A stretch of 46,538 bases of DNA from Halobacteriales archaeon SW_6_65_15 (lineage in GTDB: Archaea; Halobacteriota; Halobacteria; Halobacteriales; Haladaptataceae): NCBI GenBank assembly GCA_003023465.1, contig PXSM01000125.1, forward strand, positions 1 to 46,538. Direction: 5' to 3'. Shown here in pieces: positions 37,608 to 46,538 of the stretch. Positions within the stretch are counted from its first letter, which is position 1. Each line of letters starts with the position of its first letter. The notes under the pieces are model-generated. The model was not told the DNA's origin. It searched no databases and saw only the letters and a program-made list of their open reading frames with translations. The translations under genes and the position numbers were made by a program.

Positions 37608-38444
37608 TCACCGACCGAGGATGGCTCGGAGCGCGAAGAAGAGGTTCTGCTTGCGCTCCATCACGCGCCGGTAGAAGTACGAGAGCCACTTGTCGCCGTA
37701 GGGGACGTACTGCCAGACCTCGTACTCCTCGGCGAGTTCGAACTGGGCGTCCTCACGCACGCCCATCAGCATCTGTATCTCGAAGTCGGTGCCGTACTCC
37801 TCGTGGAGGTCCTCGGCGAGCGCGATCATCTCGGGGTCGTGGCTTCCGACCGCGATGCCGCCGTCGAAGTGCTCGAACATGTATTCGAGGTACTCCCGAT
37901 AGGCGTCGTCGACCGCCGACTTCTCCTGGATGGCGACCGACTCGGGTTCGTCGTACGCACCCTTCACGAGGCGGATCTTTCCGGGAACGTCGGCGAGTCG
38001 TTCGAGGTCCCGCTCGGTCCGCTTGAGGTTGGCCTGCACGCAGACGCCGACGCCGCCGTCGTGGGTGATGGCGAGTTCCTCGTAGGCGTCGAGGGTCGCG
38101 TCTGGCGGCGTGTGGTCCTCAATGTCGAGCCAGACGAACACGTCCCGGGCGGCCGCGTAATCGACGATTCGCTCGACGTTCTCACGGAACACCTCCGGCC
38201 CCACGTCGAGACCGATCTGGGAGGGCTTGACCGAGATGCAGGCATCGACGCCCGAGCCCTCGATGTCGTCCAGCAGGCGGAGGTACGTCTCGGCGTCCTC
38301 GTCGGCGGGTTGGCGGTCGTGGTGGTGCTCGCCGAGCAGGTTCAGGATGGCCTTCACGTTCCGGTCGTTCAGCTCCCGGGCGTGGTCGAGCGCCGTCGCG
38401 GGACCCTCGCCCGCGACGAACTGGCTGGCGATGGGGGGTATCAT
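37608..38444 (-). CDS. Proline dehydrogenase (monofunctional)
   Basis: FVAGE, NLLGE, SVKPSQIG, VQANLKRT, IRLVKGAY, SHD, YVPYG..W..YFYRR. Confidence 0.93.
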   Translation of the reverse strand: MIPPIASQFVAGEGPATALDHARELNDRNVKAILNLLGEHHHDRQPADEDAETYLRLLDDIEGSGVDACISVKPSQIGLDVGPEVFRENVERIVDYAAARDVFVWLDIEDHTPPDATLDAYEELAITHDGGVGVCVQANLKRTERDLERLADVPGKIRLVKGAYDEPESVAIQEKSAVDDAYREYLEYMFEHFDGGIAVGSHDPEMIALAEDLHEEYGTDFEIQMLMGVREDAQFELAEEYEVWQYVPYGDKWLSYFYRRVMERKQNLFFALRAILGR

Positions 38445-38629
38445 TGATGGATGCTTTTCGCGGACGGACCTTTAAACTGAGTCATTCCGGCCGATTCGGA
38501 CCGCGAGAAGTCGCCGTGCTCGGTGCGACAGCCGACGTGGATGCACTCGGTGAAACAACCGATAGGCTACTCTCGGTGACACCAACCACGAAAATGCGCC
38601 CGGTGAGACGAACCATCGTCTGGGTGGAT

Positions 38630-38752
38630 GAAAGGGGCCGCCCGGTCGCGGCCGCAGGCCGTGGTCGTCTGAGCAGGCCAGTATCCGGCGGCGGGCAGTG
38701 CGGAGAGCCGCCGGATATCCTGCTCAGCGACCGCGACCGGGCGGAGGCTTTC
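38630..38752. repeat. Long imperfect palindromic intergenic element
   Basis: Nested arms 38638-38651/38731-38744, 38669-38677/38719-38727, 38682-38692/38707-38717; ends gaaag/ctttc. Confidence 0.75.
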
Positions 38753-38852
38753 TACCTGTTCTTCACTTCGACTCCTCCAGTACACCATCTATCGTGAACG
38801 CCTAGCGAGTGAATCTCCGGTTCTTAAGGCCCCGGCGTTCGCCTACTCCGAC

Positions 38853-39398
38853 ATGGGCCTCTTCGAGACGGTCGTTATCGCACTCTGGGCGATGCTGCCC
38901 GCATACGTCCCGAACAACGCCGCGGTGCTGGCGGGCGGCGGCAGACCCATCGACGGCGGGCGGACGTGGAACGGGCAACGGCTCCTCGGCGACGGCAAGA
39001 CGTTGCGGGGAACCGCCGTGGGAATCCTCGCAGGCGCGGCGCTGGCGGTGGCCCTCAACGCGGTTGCCCCCGCTGTCGCGGACCTGCTCGGCGCGGACCT
39101 GCCGACGTTCCCCCTCGCGGTCGTCCTGGCCCTTCCGGCGGGCGCGATGCTGGGCGACATCCTGGCCTCGTTCCTGAAGCGCCGGACGGGCCGCGAACGC
39201 GGGACGGCGTTCCCCGGACTGGACCAGCTCGACTTCGTGGTGGTCTCGCTACTGCTCGCGTTTCTGGCCGCGCCCGACTGGTTCGCCGAGGTGTTCACCC
39301 TGCCGGTGCTCGCCGTCGTGGTCGTCGCCACGCCCCTGCTCCACCTGACGACGAACGGCATCGCGTACCAGTTAGGATTCAAAGATGAGCCGTACTAG
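38853..39398 (+). CDS. carS: CDP-archaeol (CDP-2,3-bis-O-geranylgeranyl-sn-glycerol) synthase
   Basis: PAYVPNNAAV, PIDGG, LGDGKT, GDILASFLKRR, LDQLDF. Confidence 0.93.
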   Translation: MGLFETVVIALWAMLPAYVPNNAAVLAGGGRPIDGGRTWNGQRLLGDGKTLRGTAVGILAGAALAVALNAVAPAVADLLGADLPTFPLAVVLALPAGAMLGDILASFLKRRTGRERGTAFPGLDQLDFVVVSLLLAFLAAPDWFAEVFTLPVLAVVVVATPLLHLTTNGIAYQLGFKDEPY

Positions 39399-39399
39399 A

Positions 39400-39560
39400 C
39401 AACCTTTTCCGGCGCGAGATATCCCGAGTACCTCGCTTGCAAAACGTTGATGAAAAGCCCAACGCACGTCCCTTCGGCGGCTTTAGCCGCCTCCGGTCCT
39501 CTTCGCTCCGCGCTTGGGCTTGCGTTCGCGCGACTGAGTCGCGCGAACGCATTGACTGCT
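39400..39560. repeat. Multi-hairpin intergenic element with 31-nt perfect palindrome
   Basis: tgcgttcgcgcgact-g-agtcgcgcgaacgca (39521-39551); aagcccaa/ttgggctt; ggcggc-ttta-gccgcc. Confidence 0.7.
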
Positions 39561-39668
39561 TTTTCCGTTCTGCGCGACCAACCGAAAGACCCCTACTAGT
39601 TGTTCTGGCGTGGTATTTTGATTATTAGAAAAATATATTTATTCCTCTAAACGATTTTTGGCCGTTCC

Positions 39669-40079
39669 TCAAAGAGCGAGCGCGAACGGCCACGACCCGC
39701 CGCTAATCGCCAGCAGGACGAGCGCACCGCCGACCAGCGCCGCGTTCTTCAGGAAGTCGGTCATCTCCTGTTGCTGCTGTTCGGGGTCCTCGACCGACCA
39801 GAAGTCGTGCATCAGGGGCGTTGCGAAGACGAGAAACGCGATCAGCGCGGCTGAGCCGACGAGCGGTGCGACGCCGAGGACGACCGAGACGCCGCCCGCG
39901 ACGAGCAACGCACCCGAGGCGTAGACCGAGAGCCGAGGCGCTGGCGCACCCTTCATCTCGGCGTAGCCCGTCATTTGGTCGGCCTGCAGGAAGTGGTTCA
40001 GGCCCATGAAGGCGAGGACGCCGCCGAACAGCACGCGCCCGGCGAGGAACGCGAGCGCGCTGGTCGTCTCGACGGCCAT
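39669..40079 (-). CDS. DoxX family membrane protein
   Basis: GRVLFGG..MGLNHF, MHDFW, FLKNAALVG. Confidence 0.9.
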   Translation of the reverse strand: MAVETTSALAFLAGRVLFGGVLAFMGLNHFLQADQMTGYAEMKGAPAPRLSVYASGALLVAGGVSVVLGVAPLVGSAALIAFLVFATPLMHDFWSVEDPEQQQQEMTDFLKNAALVGGALVLLAISGGSWPFALAL

Positions 40080-40147
40080 CAGTTCGGCACCTCCACGACC
40101 GGTTCGGCGACAGCGGTCGGCGCGCGATACGGCACTGGAGTTCCAAC

Positions 40148-40172
40148 AGTAGGTAACATTACGTTACCTACT
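40148..40172. promoter_or_regulatory. Perfect inverted repeat, probable HxlR operator
   Basis: agtaggtaac-attac-gttacctact between divergent doxX and hxlR. Confidence 0.7.
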
Positions 40173-40227
40173 TCGGAGCGGAACCTATTTGTGTATTTGG
40201 CGACAACAGTGTCGGTAGCTAACACCG

Positions 40228-40499
40228 ATGTCTTCCACACGTCCGCAGGCTGACGAACCCGAGGCGAAGAACCCCGACGCGTGTCAGGTGGTCGAGGCCA
40301 TCGAACAGATCGGCTCCCAGTGGCGGCTCGTCGTGCTCCACGACCTGCTGGGCGAGGAGAAGCGGTTCAACGAACTCGAACGCTCGACCGGGGCGAGTTC
40401 CCGGACGCTCTCGCGGGTACTCGACGACCTCGAAGCCGCGTCGAATCGTGGGCCGACGACTGGCTCGACGCGCCCGCCACCCCGGCCGACGACGACTGA
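40228..40499 (+). pseudogene. HxlR-family winged-helix regulator, wing region missing
   Basis: ACQV..IGSQWRLVVL..KRFNEL..SRTLSRVLDDL then out-of-frame C-terminus VESWADDWL. Confidence 0.8.
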
Positions 40500-40580
40500 C
40501 GGAGAGCGAGTTGCCGAGTCCGGCCGGCCTCGCGGACCAAACGAAACCGCTTATGGGTTCGGCACCCGCGATTTCCGATA

Positions 40581-41102
40581 ATGACCAACGATGAACTCAT
40601 CGCGGCGCTCCGGGACGCCGACGCGGTCCGGTACGGCGAATTCGAGCTCTCGCACGGCGGCACCAGCGACTACTACGTGGACAAGTACCTCTTCGAGACC
40701 GACCCCCACTGCCTCGAACTGATCGCGCAGGCCTTCGCGGAACGAGTCGGTGACACCAAGCTGGCGGGCGTCGCGCTCGGCGCGGTCCCCCTCGTCTCGG
40801 TCACGAGCGTCGAGTCCGGCAACCCCTACGTCATCGTGCGCAAGCAGCAGAAGGACTACGGCACGGCCAATCTGGTCGAAGGGCGGCTGGACGATGGAGA
40901 ACCGGTCGTCGTCCTCGAAGACATCGCCACGACCGGGCAGAGCGCGGCCGACGCCGTGGAGGCCCTCCGCGACGCGGGCGCGACCGTCGAGCGCGTCCTC
41001 GTGGTCGTGGACCGCGAGGAGGGCGCGGCCGAGAATCTGGCCGACCACGACGTGGAACTGGAGTCGCTCCTCACCGCGACCGAACTGCTCGACGCGGAGT
41101 AG
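40581..41102 (+). CDS. pyrE: Orotate phosphoribosyltransferase
   Basis: [44 protein letters not shown]. Confidence 0.95.
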   Translation: MTNDELIAALRDADAVRYGEFELSHGGTSDYYVDKYLFETDPHCLELIAQAFAERVGDTKLAGVALGAVPLVSVTSVESGNPYVIVRKQQKDYGTANLVEGRLDDGEPVVVLEDIATTGQSAADAVEALRDAGATVERVLVVVDREEGAAENLADHDVELESLLTATELLDAE

Positions 41103-41203
41103 CTTCGAAGTAACCGAATAGCCCACAGTTACGCACCACTGGTCTAGATTCTCCCCGCGAACTATCGAGTTATTCAAGTTCGTGGAATACATCGACGGCG
41201 GAT

Positions 41204-41920
41204 ATGAACCGCGCAGAGAAGGCGACCCTGCAGTTGCAGGCGGTCGCCGTGCTTCGGATGTTGAAAGAGACCCGCACCTACGACGAACTCGCCGAGGTGA
41301 CGGGGCTTCCCGCGGGCGACCTGAACCGCTACGTCAACGGTCACGTCCTGCCGAGCGTGGATCGGGCCGAGGACATCGTCGGCGGCGTGGGTCGCGACGA
41401 ACTGGCCGCCGAACTGGAGGCCCGAATCCGGGTGGACGACGAGGGCTACGTGGACAACTCCGGCGTGGTCTTCGACCAGTCGTTCCTCGACCTCGTGGCC
41501 CCCGTCGCGGCCGAGTCGTTCGACTTCGAGCGACCCGACGTGGTGCTGACCGCCGCCACCGACGGCATCACGCTGGGCGCGGCGATGGCGAGCTACTTCG
41601 GGGCTCGGGTCGCCTACGCCAAGAAGTCCAAGGAGACCGCCGTCGAGGAGTTCATCGAGTCCCGCCAGCGCCTCCAGTCGGGCATCGAGTTGACATACTA
41701 CCTCCCCGCCTCGGCCATCGACCCGGGGGAGACCGTGCTGGTCGTGGACGACCTCATCCGGTCGGGCGAGACGCAGGAGCTACTGCTCGACATCGCCCAG
41801 CGCGCCGACGCGGAAGTAGGCGGCGTGTTCGCGCTCATCGCGGCCGGTGGCGAAGGACTGGAGCGCGCGAGGGGCCGGACCGATGCCCCCGTGGGTGCGC
41901 TGACGACCTACGAGGCGTAG
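41204..41920 (+). CDS. HTH-fused purine phosphoribosyltransferase-like protein (PurR-like)
   Basis: N-terminal HTH (TYDELAEVTGLPAGDLNRY), PRPP loop VLVVDDLIRSGET. Confidence 0.85.
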   Translation: MNRAEKATLQLQAVAVLRMLKETRTYDELAEVTGLPAGDLNRYVNGHVLPSVDRAEDIVGGVGRDELAAELEARIRVDDEGYVDNSGVVFDQSFLDLVAPVAAESFDFERPDVVLTAATDGITLGAAMASYFGARVAYAKKSKETAVEEFIESRQRLQSGIELTYYLPASAIDPGETVLVVDDLIRSGETQELLLDIAQRADAEVGGVFALIAAGGEGLERARGRTDAPVGALTTYEA

Positions 41921-41977
41921 GCAGTCTCACGACTATGCGTCGAAATGGTGTTCTATCCCCACCCTAACAGCAATTTG

Positions 41978-41993
41978 ATGCACTTTCGTGCAT
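41978..41993. promoter_or_regulatory. Palindrome upstream of the purine permease
   Basis: atgcac-tttc-gtgcat, upstream of TATA-like cttaaata. Confidence 0.45.
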
Positions 41994-42055
41994 AGTTCTG
42001 CGGTTTTTATGAGAACTCTTAAATAAGGTTTCGGGACTATGCCCATCCGTGTATC

Positions 42056-43486
42056 ATGGGAGCCAACGACACTACCGCTGAGGATTCGTCGGGCGCGCTC
42101 GCGGAGTACTTCAATTTTGAAGAACACGGCACGGACTTTCGGACGGAGGTTCTGGCGGGCCTGACGACGTTCCTCACGATGAGCTACATCGTGGTCGTCA
42201 ACCCGGCCATCCTGTCGGCGGCCATCCAGCCGGAGGGCATCGGCCCCGAGCGCACCTTCCAGATGATCGCCGTCGTCACCATCATCGCCGCCGCCACGGC
42301 GACGATGATAATGGGTCTTTACGCCAAGCGGCCGTTCGCACAAGCGCCGGGACTCGGCCTCAACGCCTTCTTCGCGTTCACAGTGGTCCTCGGGCTCGGT
42401 ATCGACTGGCCGGTCGCCCTCGCGGCGGTCGTGGTCGAAGGAATCGTCTTCATCGCGCTCACCGCTATCGGCGCTCGCGAGTACATCATTCGGGTCTTCC
42501 CCGAACCCGTCAAGCTCTCGGTCGGCGCGGGTATCGGTCTGTTCCTCGCCATCATCGGCCTCGAAGAGATGCGGGTGGTCGTCGGTCACTCCGACACGTT
42601 CGTCACGTTCAACCCCGTGTTCGCCTCCGACCCGGTGGCGGTCATCTCCGTCCTCGGGCTGTTCGTGACGCTCGCACTCTACGCCAACGGGGTCCGCGGG
42701 TCCATCATCACCGGCATCATCCTCACGTCGGTCATGGGCTACGCCGCCTCCGCACTCGATTACTCGGCCTATCCCCACGATTCCCCGGTACTCGAAGAAC
42801 TGGGCGTCAACCTCGCGGAGGTCTACCTCGTTCCCGACGCGCCCATCGTCTACGACGCCGCGAGCTACAACATCGCGCCGCTGGCCGGCGCGTTCGTCGA
42901 TGGGCTCCAGAACATCGAGGCGTTCTCGTTCGCGCTCATCGTGTTCACGTTCTTCTTCGTGGACTTCTTCGACACGGCGGGTACCCTCACCGGCGTCGGC
43001 ATCGACAAGCCACTGATGGCCGACGCGGTCGGCACCACGGTCGGCGGCATCCTCGGCACCTCGACCGTGACGACCTACATTGAATCCGCGACCGGCGTCG
43101 AGGAGGGCGGCCGCACCGGTCTGACCGCGGTCGTCGTCGCGCTCCTGTTCGTCGCCTCGCTGGCGCTCGTCCCGCTGGCCGTCGCCGTCCCCACCTACGC
43201 CTCCCACCTCGTGCTCGTCGTCGTCGGAGTCATCATGCTCTCGAACGTCGCCGAGATCGCGTGGAACGACGTCACCTACTCGATTCCGGCCGGACTCACC
43301 ATCTTCGTGATGCCGTTCACGTTCTCCATCGCCTACGGCATCGCGGCAGGGATCATCTCCTACCCCATCGTCAAGCTCGCGGCGGGCGAGGTCGAGGACA
43401 CCCGGCCCGGCCACTGGGTGCTCGCGGCCGCGTTCGTCCTCTACTTCTTCGTCCGCACGAGCGGCGTCCTCGCCGGTAGCGTGTAG
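42056..43486 (+). CDS. NCS2 / AzgA-type purine permease (small in-frame deletion at 43000)
   Basis: GLTTFLTMSYIVVVNP, APGLGLNAFF, DFFDTAGTL, TTYIESATGVEEGGRTG. Confidence 0.92.
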   Translation: MGANDTTAEDSSGALAEYFNFEEHGTDFRTEVLAGLTTFLTMSYIVVVNPAILSAAIQPEGIGPERTFQMIAVVTIIAAATATMIMGLYAKRPFAQAPGLGLNAFFAFTVVLGLGIDWPVALAAVVVEGIVFIALTAIGAREYIIRVFPEPVKLSVGAGIGLFLAIIGLEEMRVVVGHSDTFVTFNPVFASDPVAVISVLGLFVTLALYANGVRGSIITGIILTSVMGYAASALDYSAYPHDSPVLEELGVNLAEVYLVPDAPIVYDAASYNIAPLAGAFVDGLQNIEAFSFALIVFTFFFVDFFDTAGTLTGVGIDKPLMADAVGTTVGGILGTSTVTTYIESATGVEEGGRTGLTAVVVALLFVASLALVPLAVAVPTYASHLVLVVVGVIMLSNVAEIAWNDVTYSIPAGLTIFVMPFTFSIAYGIAAGIISYPIVKLAAGEVEDTRPGHWVLAAAFVLYFFVRTSGVLAGSV

Positions 43487-43573
43487 GCTCCCCGCTTCCG
43501 GCCGGACGAGTCCGGCTTCGCGCCGGATTCCCATTCCCCAGTTTTAATCTGGCCGGTGGTCGTTCTCGGTGAC

Positions 43574-44971
43574 ATGAACCGTCCCTCCCGCCCGTTCCCC
43601 CGCCGGTGGGTCGTCCGGGGCGCGGTCGCTCTCCTCGCGCTCCTGCTGGTCGCGCCCGCCGGATTCTCGGGCGTGACGTACCTCGCTACCGCCGAGGACC
43701 CCTCCAACCTCCGCGCCGCGGTGGACGAGCCAGCGAACGGCACGACGATCATCTCGATTCAGGGCTTCCACTTCCAGGGGATGGCCAACGAGAACAAGCC
43801 CGCCCGGCTCGTCGCGGTCGGCCCCCGCGGCGAGGTGGAGTGGGTCCACGACGGCTCCGGCTTCGACGCCCAGTGGTTCTACGACGTGGACCCGCTGGAC
43901 AACGGCAATCTGCTGGTGACCGCCACCGCCGAGGGTGAGACGCTGGTGTACGAACTCGACCCCGAGACGCAGGAGCGCGTCTGGACCGAACGCCTCCCCG
44001 TCCGGGACACCCACGACGTGGACCTGATAAACGGCGACCAGTTGCTCGTCGCCAACATGCGCCAGCCTGCGAAGGGCGACCGCGTCTTCGTCTACGACAG
44101 GCCGTCCGGCGAGATCGTCTGGGAGTGGACGTTCGCGGACCACTACCCCGACTCCGTCGGCGGCCCCTCCAACGACTGGACCCACCTCAACGACGTGGAC
44201 AAGATCGACGACGGCCTGTATCTGGCCTCGCCGCGGAACTTCGATCAGGTGATCGCGATCAACCGCTCGACGAACGAGGTGGAGATGCGCCTCGGGGGCG
44301 ACGACGACCACGACCTGCTCTACGAACAGCACAATCCCCAGTACCTCGAAGGCGAGAACGGGACGCCCACCCTGCTCGTCGCCGACAGCGAGAACGACCG
44401 CGTCGTGGAGTACGCCAGAGAAAGTAGAGAGAATTGGACCCGGACGTGGAGCGTCGGCACCCGGGGACTCAACTGGCCGCGGGACGCCGACCGCCTCCCG
44501 AACGGCAACACCCTCGTGGTGGACACCATGAACCACCGCGTGGTCGAGTTGACGCCCGAGGGCGAGGTCGTCTGGGAGTTCCACGCGCCGTGGGCACCCT
44601 ACGACGTCGAACGGATGGCCCTCGGCGACGAGCCCGGCGGGCCGACGATGCGCGATGCAGGCGAGGCCGGGGACCACGACCTCTCCGGAAGTAGCCTGTC
44701 GGTCGGCGAGGGCGAGAGCGTCTCGTTCTGGATAGAGAAGACGTTCGAGGGCACCGCGGTCGAGTCCCAGGCCTTCGCGTTCGCCCGGACGTGGGCACAC
44801 GTCACCCCGTGGATTCGCCCGGTGTGGATGACCAGCTGGGAGTTCCTCGGCGTCCTCTTCGGCCTCGGCGTGCTGGTGCTTTGGGGACTCGGCGAGGCGG
44901 TGTATCAACGACGCCGGATTCGGAAGGGCATCTCGGGCGTCATCGACCGAGTGCAGAGGTCGGTGGAGTGA
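43574..44971 (+). CDS. Arylsulfotransferase (ASST)-like beta-propeller membrane protein
   Basis: DTHDVD, DWTHLNDVD, YEQHNP, WPRDADRLPNGNTL; N- and C-terminal TM helices. Confidence 0.82.
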   Translation: MNRPSRPFPRRWVVRGAVALLALLLVAPAGFSGVTYLATAEDPSNLRAAVDEPANGTTIISIQGFHFQGMANENKPARLVAVGPRGEVEWVHDGSGFDAQWFYDVDPLDNGNLLVTATAEGETLVYELDPETQERVWTERLPVRDTHDVDLINGDQLLVANMRQPAKGDRVFVYDRPSGEIVWEWTFADHYPDSVGGPSNDWTHLNDVDKIDDGLYLASPRNFDQVIAINRSTNEVEMRLGGDDDHDLLYEQHNPQYLEGENGTPTLLVADSENDRVVEYARESRENWTRTWSVGTRGLNWPRDADRLPNGNTLVVDTMNHRVVELTPEGEVVWEFHAPWAPYDVERMALGDEPGGPTMRDAGEAGDHDLSGSSLSVGEGESVSFWIEKTFEGTAVESQAFAFARTWAHVTPWIRPVWMTSWEFLGVLFGLGVLVLWGLGEAVYQRRRIRKGISGVIDRVQRSVE

Positions 44972-45059
44972 CGGCGATTTTCGAATGCTAGCTGGGTACG
45001 CCCGGTGACACAGACCACGAGGATGCGCCGGTGACGCTAATCAATCCCGGCGTGTGCCA

Positions 45060-45290
45060 GCAACGTACGCGAGGTCTGCGCGAGCGAAGCGAGTGCAGGC
45101 TCGGCGGACGCGGTTTGTCCGCCGGTGGACGAGAAGCACAATGGAGTCGTTCGAAAATCGGAGAGTTTCGTGATACGAGAGCGTTGCTCTCGGACGACGA
45201 AGCGGAGTGAGCATCACAGGAGGCTGGGGAGGGCGAGGCGCGGTGTGGTCGCCGTGCTGTGCGGTCTTCCCTCGGCTCAAGCAGTAGCTA
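45060..45290. repeat. Haloarchaeal-type multi-hairpin interspersed element
   Basis: cggcggac/gtccgccg (45102-45124), cgagagc/gctctcg (45176-45192), gcgagcgaagcgag, G-rich ggctggggagggcgaggcgcggtg. Confidence 0.5.
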
Positions 45291-45429
45291 GGGAAGCAAT
45301 ACAAACGCCTTCTTAAGAAATATATTCAATTTCTAGAGAAACGTATATCTATTCAAGGGTAGATGGGATGTCGCGTCAGCCCCTACCGCGACCATCACGT
45401 TCTTCCGGTCGAAGCCACTACCTACCGAC

Positions 45430-45690
45430 ATGGCGAACCTCGAACTGTACGAACTCGAAGGCTGTCCTTACTGCGCGAAGGTCATCGACAAGCTCGACGA
45501 GCTCGACCTCGAGTACGACTCGCACATGGTCGCCGGGCCGAAGTCCGAACGCGACGAAGTCGAGGCGGTCAGCGGCCAGCGCGGCGTCCCCGTGCTGGTG
45601 GACGAGGAGAACGGCGTCGAAGGGATGCCCGAGAGCGACGACATCGTGGAGTACCTCGAAGAGCAGTACGGCGACGGGCAGGCGGCATAA
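45430..45690 (+). CDS. Glutaredoxin-like protein
   Basis: LYELEGCPYC, SGQRGVPVLVD, ESDDIVEYL. Confidence 0.9.
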   Translation: MANLELYELEGCPYCAKVIDKLDELDLEYDSHMVAGPKSERDEVEAVSGQRGVPVLVDEENGVEGMPESDDIVEYLEEQYGDGQAA

Positions 45691-45824
45691 GGTCACCGAC
45701 CGAGCGGCGTAAGGTCGCTCCGTTTCGACCTCGAAGGCCGCAACAAGCCCTACGTAGTTGTCTCTGTTATCGTGGTCCATGCGTACCTGTAACCGACGAG
45801 TCGCGGATGGGTGGTGGCGGTAGC

Positions 45825-46436
45825 GTGGCCGACTCCGACGTCGAACTCGCGGGTGACCGGACGCCGACGCCCGACGTGCTCGGGTCGCTCATCGAGACCG
45901 GACTCCACGAGATTCGACGCGAGACGTCGGGACTTCTGCTCTCGTCGTTCTCCGCCGGCCTCGACATCGGCTTCGGGCCGTTGCTGATGGCGGTGATGCT
46001 CACGCTGTCGGAGGGGAGCTACGGCGACGTGGGGACGGAGATACTGCTGGCGAGCGCCTACTCCATCGGGTTCATCTTCGTCATCCTGGGCCGGTCGGAG
46101 CTGTTCACCGAGCACACCACGCTCGCGGTGATGCCGGTGCTCGACAACCGCGCGTCGCTCTGGGGGTTGGCCCGCCTCTGGGGGCTGGTGTACGTGGGTA
46201 ATATCGTCGGCGGAGTGGCGTTCACCGCACTGGTCGTCACGCTGTTCCCCTCGCTGGGGGTCGCTTCGCCCGAGGCGTTCGGCACTATCGCGCACAAACT
46301 CGTCGATCACGACCTCACGTGGCTGTTCGTCGCCGGCATCCTCGCCGGCTGGCTGATGGGCCTGCTGGCGTGGCTCATCACCGCCGCCCAAGAGACGATG
46401 AGCCGCCTGCTCATCATCTGGCTCGTCACCGCCTCC
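45825..46436 (+). CDS. Formate/nitrite transporter (FNT) family channel, truncated and joined to unrelated sequence; absent from ORF track because no stop in window
   Basis: GTG start; SAGLDIGFG, GFIFVILGRSELFTEHT, LWGLVYVGNIVGG, GILAGWLMGL; FNT similarity ends at VTAS. Confidence 0.82.
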
Positions 46437-46538
46437 GGGCACGCCTACGGTGAACTGCTGCAACCGGGCTGGGGCCACGCGATCACCGGCGGCATCGTCA
46501 TCTCGATCGCGATGATGGGCCTCGAGCACGGGCTCGTC

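Noticed and set aside
38095-38130. DIEDHTPP instead of the usual DMED motif in proline dehydrogenase
   Set aside because: A few clustered substitutions, plausibly low-quality consensus; other motifs intact
1-46538. tRNA, rRNA, transposase, integrase or provirus
   Set aside because: None recognisable by eye; tRNAscan-SE and ISEScan would confirm

Overview
High-GC haloarchaeal (Halobacteria) chromosomal DNA: acidic proteome, aRF1, CarS, Taw1/TYW1, CTP-dependent riboflavin kinase. Housekeeping blocks (prf1-minD-argS, a liv-type ABC operon, ribK-ribB-ilvE, proline dehydrogenase, carS, pyrE-PRTase-NCS2) surround a ~16 kb Mo/W-pterin respiratory island. The island holds yqeC, mobA, a Tat-exported Cys-type formate dehydrogenase operon (alpha, beta, an extra membrane subunit, cytochrome b), a divergent HdrA/MvhD-like polyferredoxin plus TorD chaperone, several micro-proteins, a DyP-like Tat lipoprotein and an atypical AOR-family gene. 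Accessory items include a wax ester synthase/DGAT, a DUF433/PIN toxin-antitoxin pair, a Tat beta-propeller/pseudokinase remnant, a bactofilin-like gene, an HTH + NDT-like cassette with an operator, and three palindromic intergenic elements. About a dozen genes carry one clean block deletion, duplication or junction, which most likely reflects assembly gaps or chimerism, so pseudogene calls are provisional. The best candidates for an undescribed system are (i) the small membrane protein trio plus DyP-like lipoprotein, (ii) the FDH locus with its flavin-less HdrA-MvhD partner and complementary 15-nt ends, and (iii) the HTH/NDT-like cassette. No tRNA, rRNA, CRISPR or transposase was seen. All family assignments come from motif recognition by eye; no search was run.
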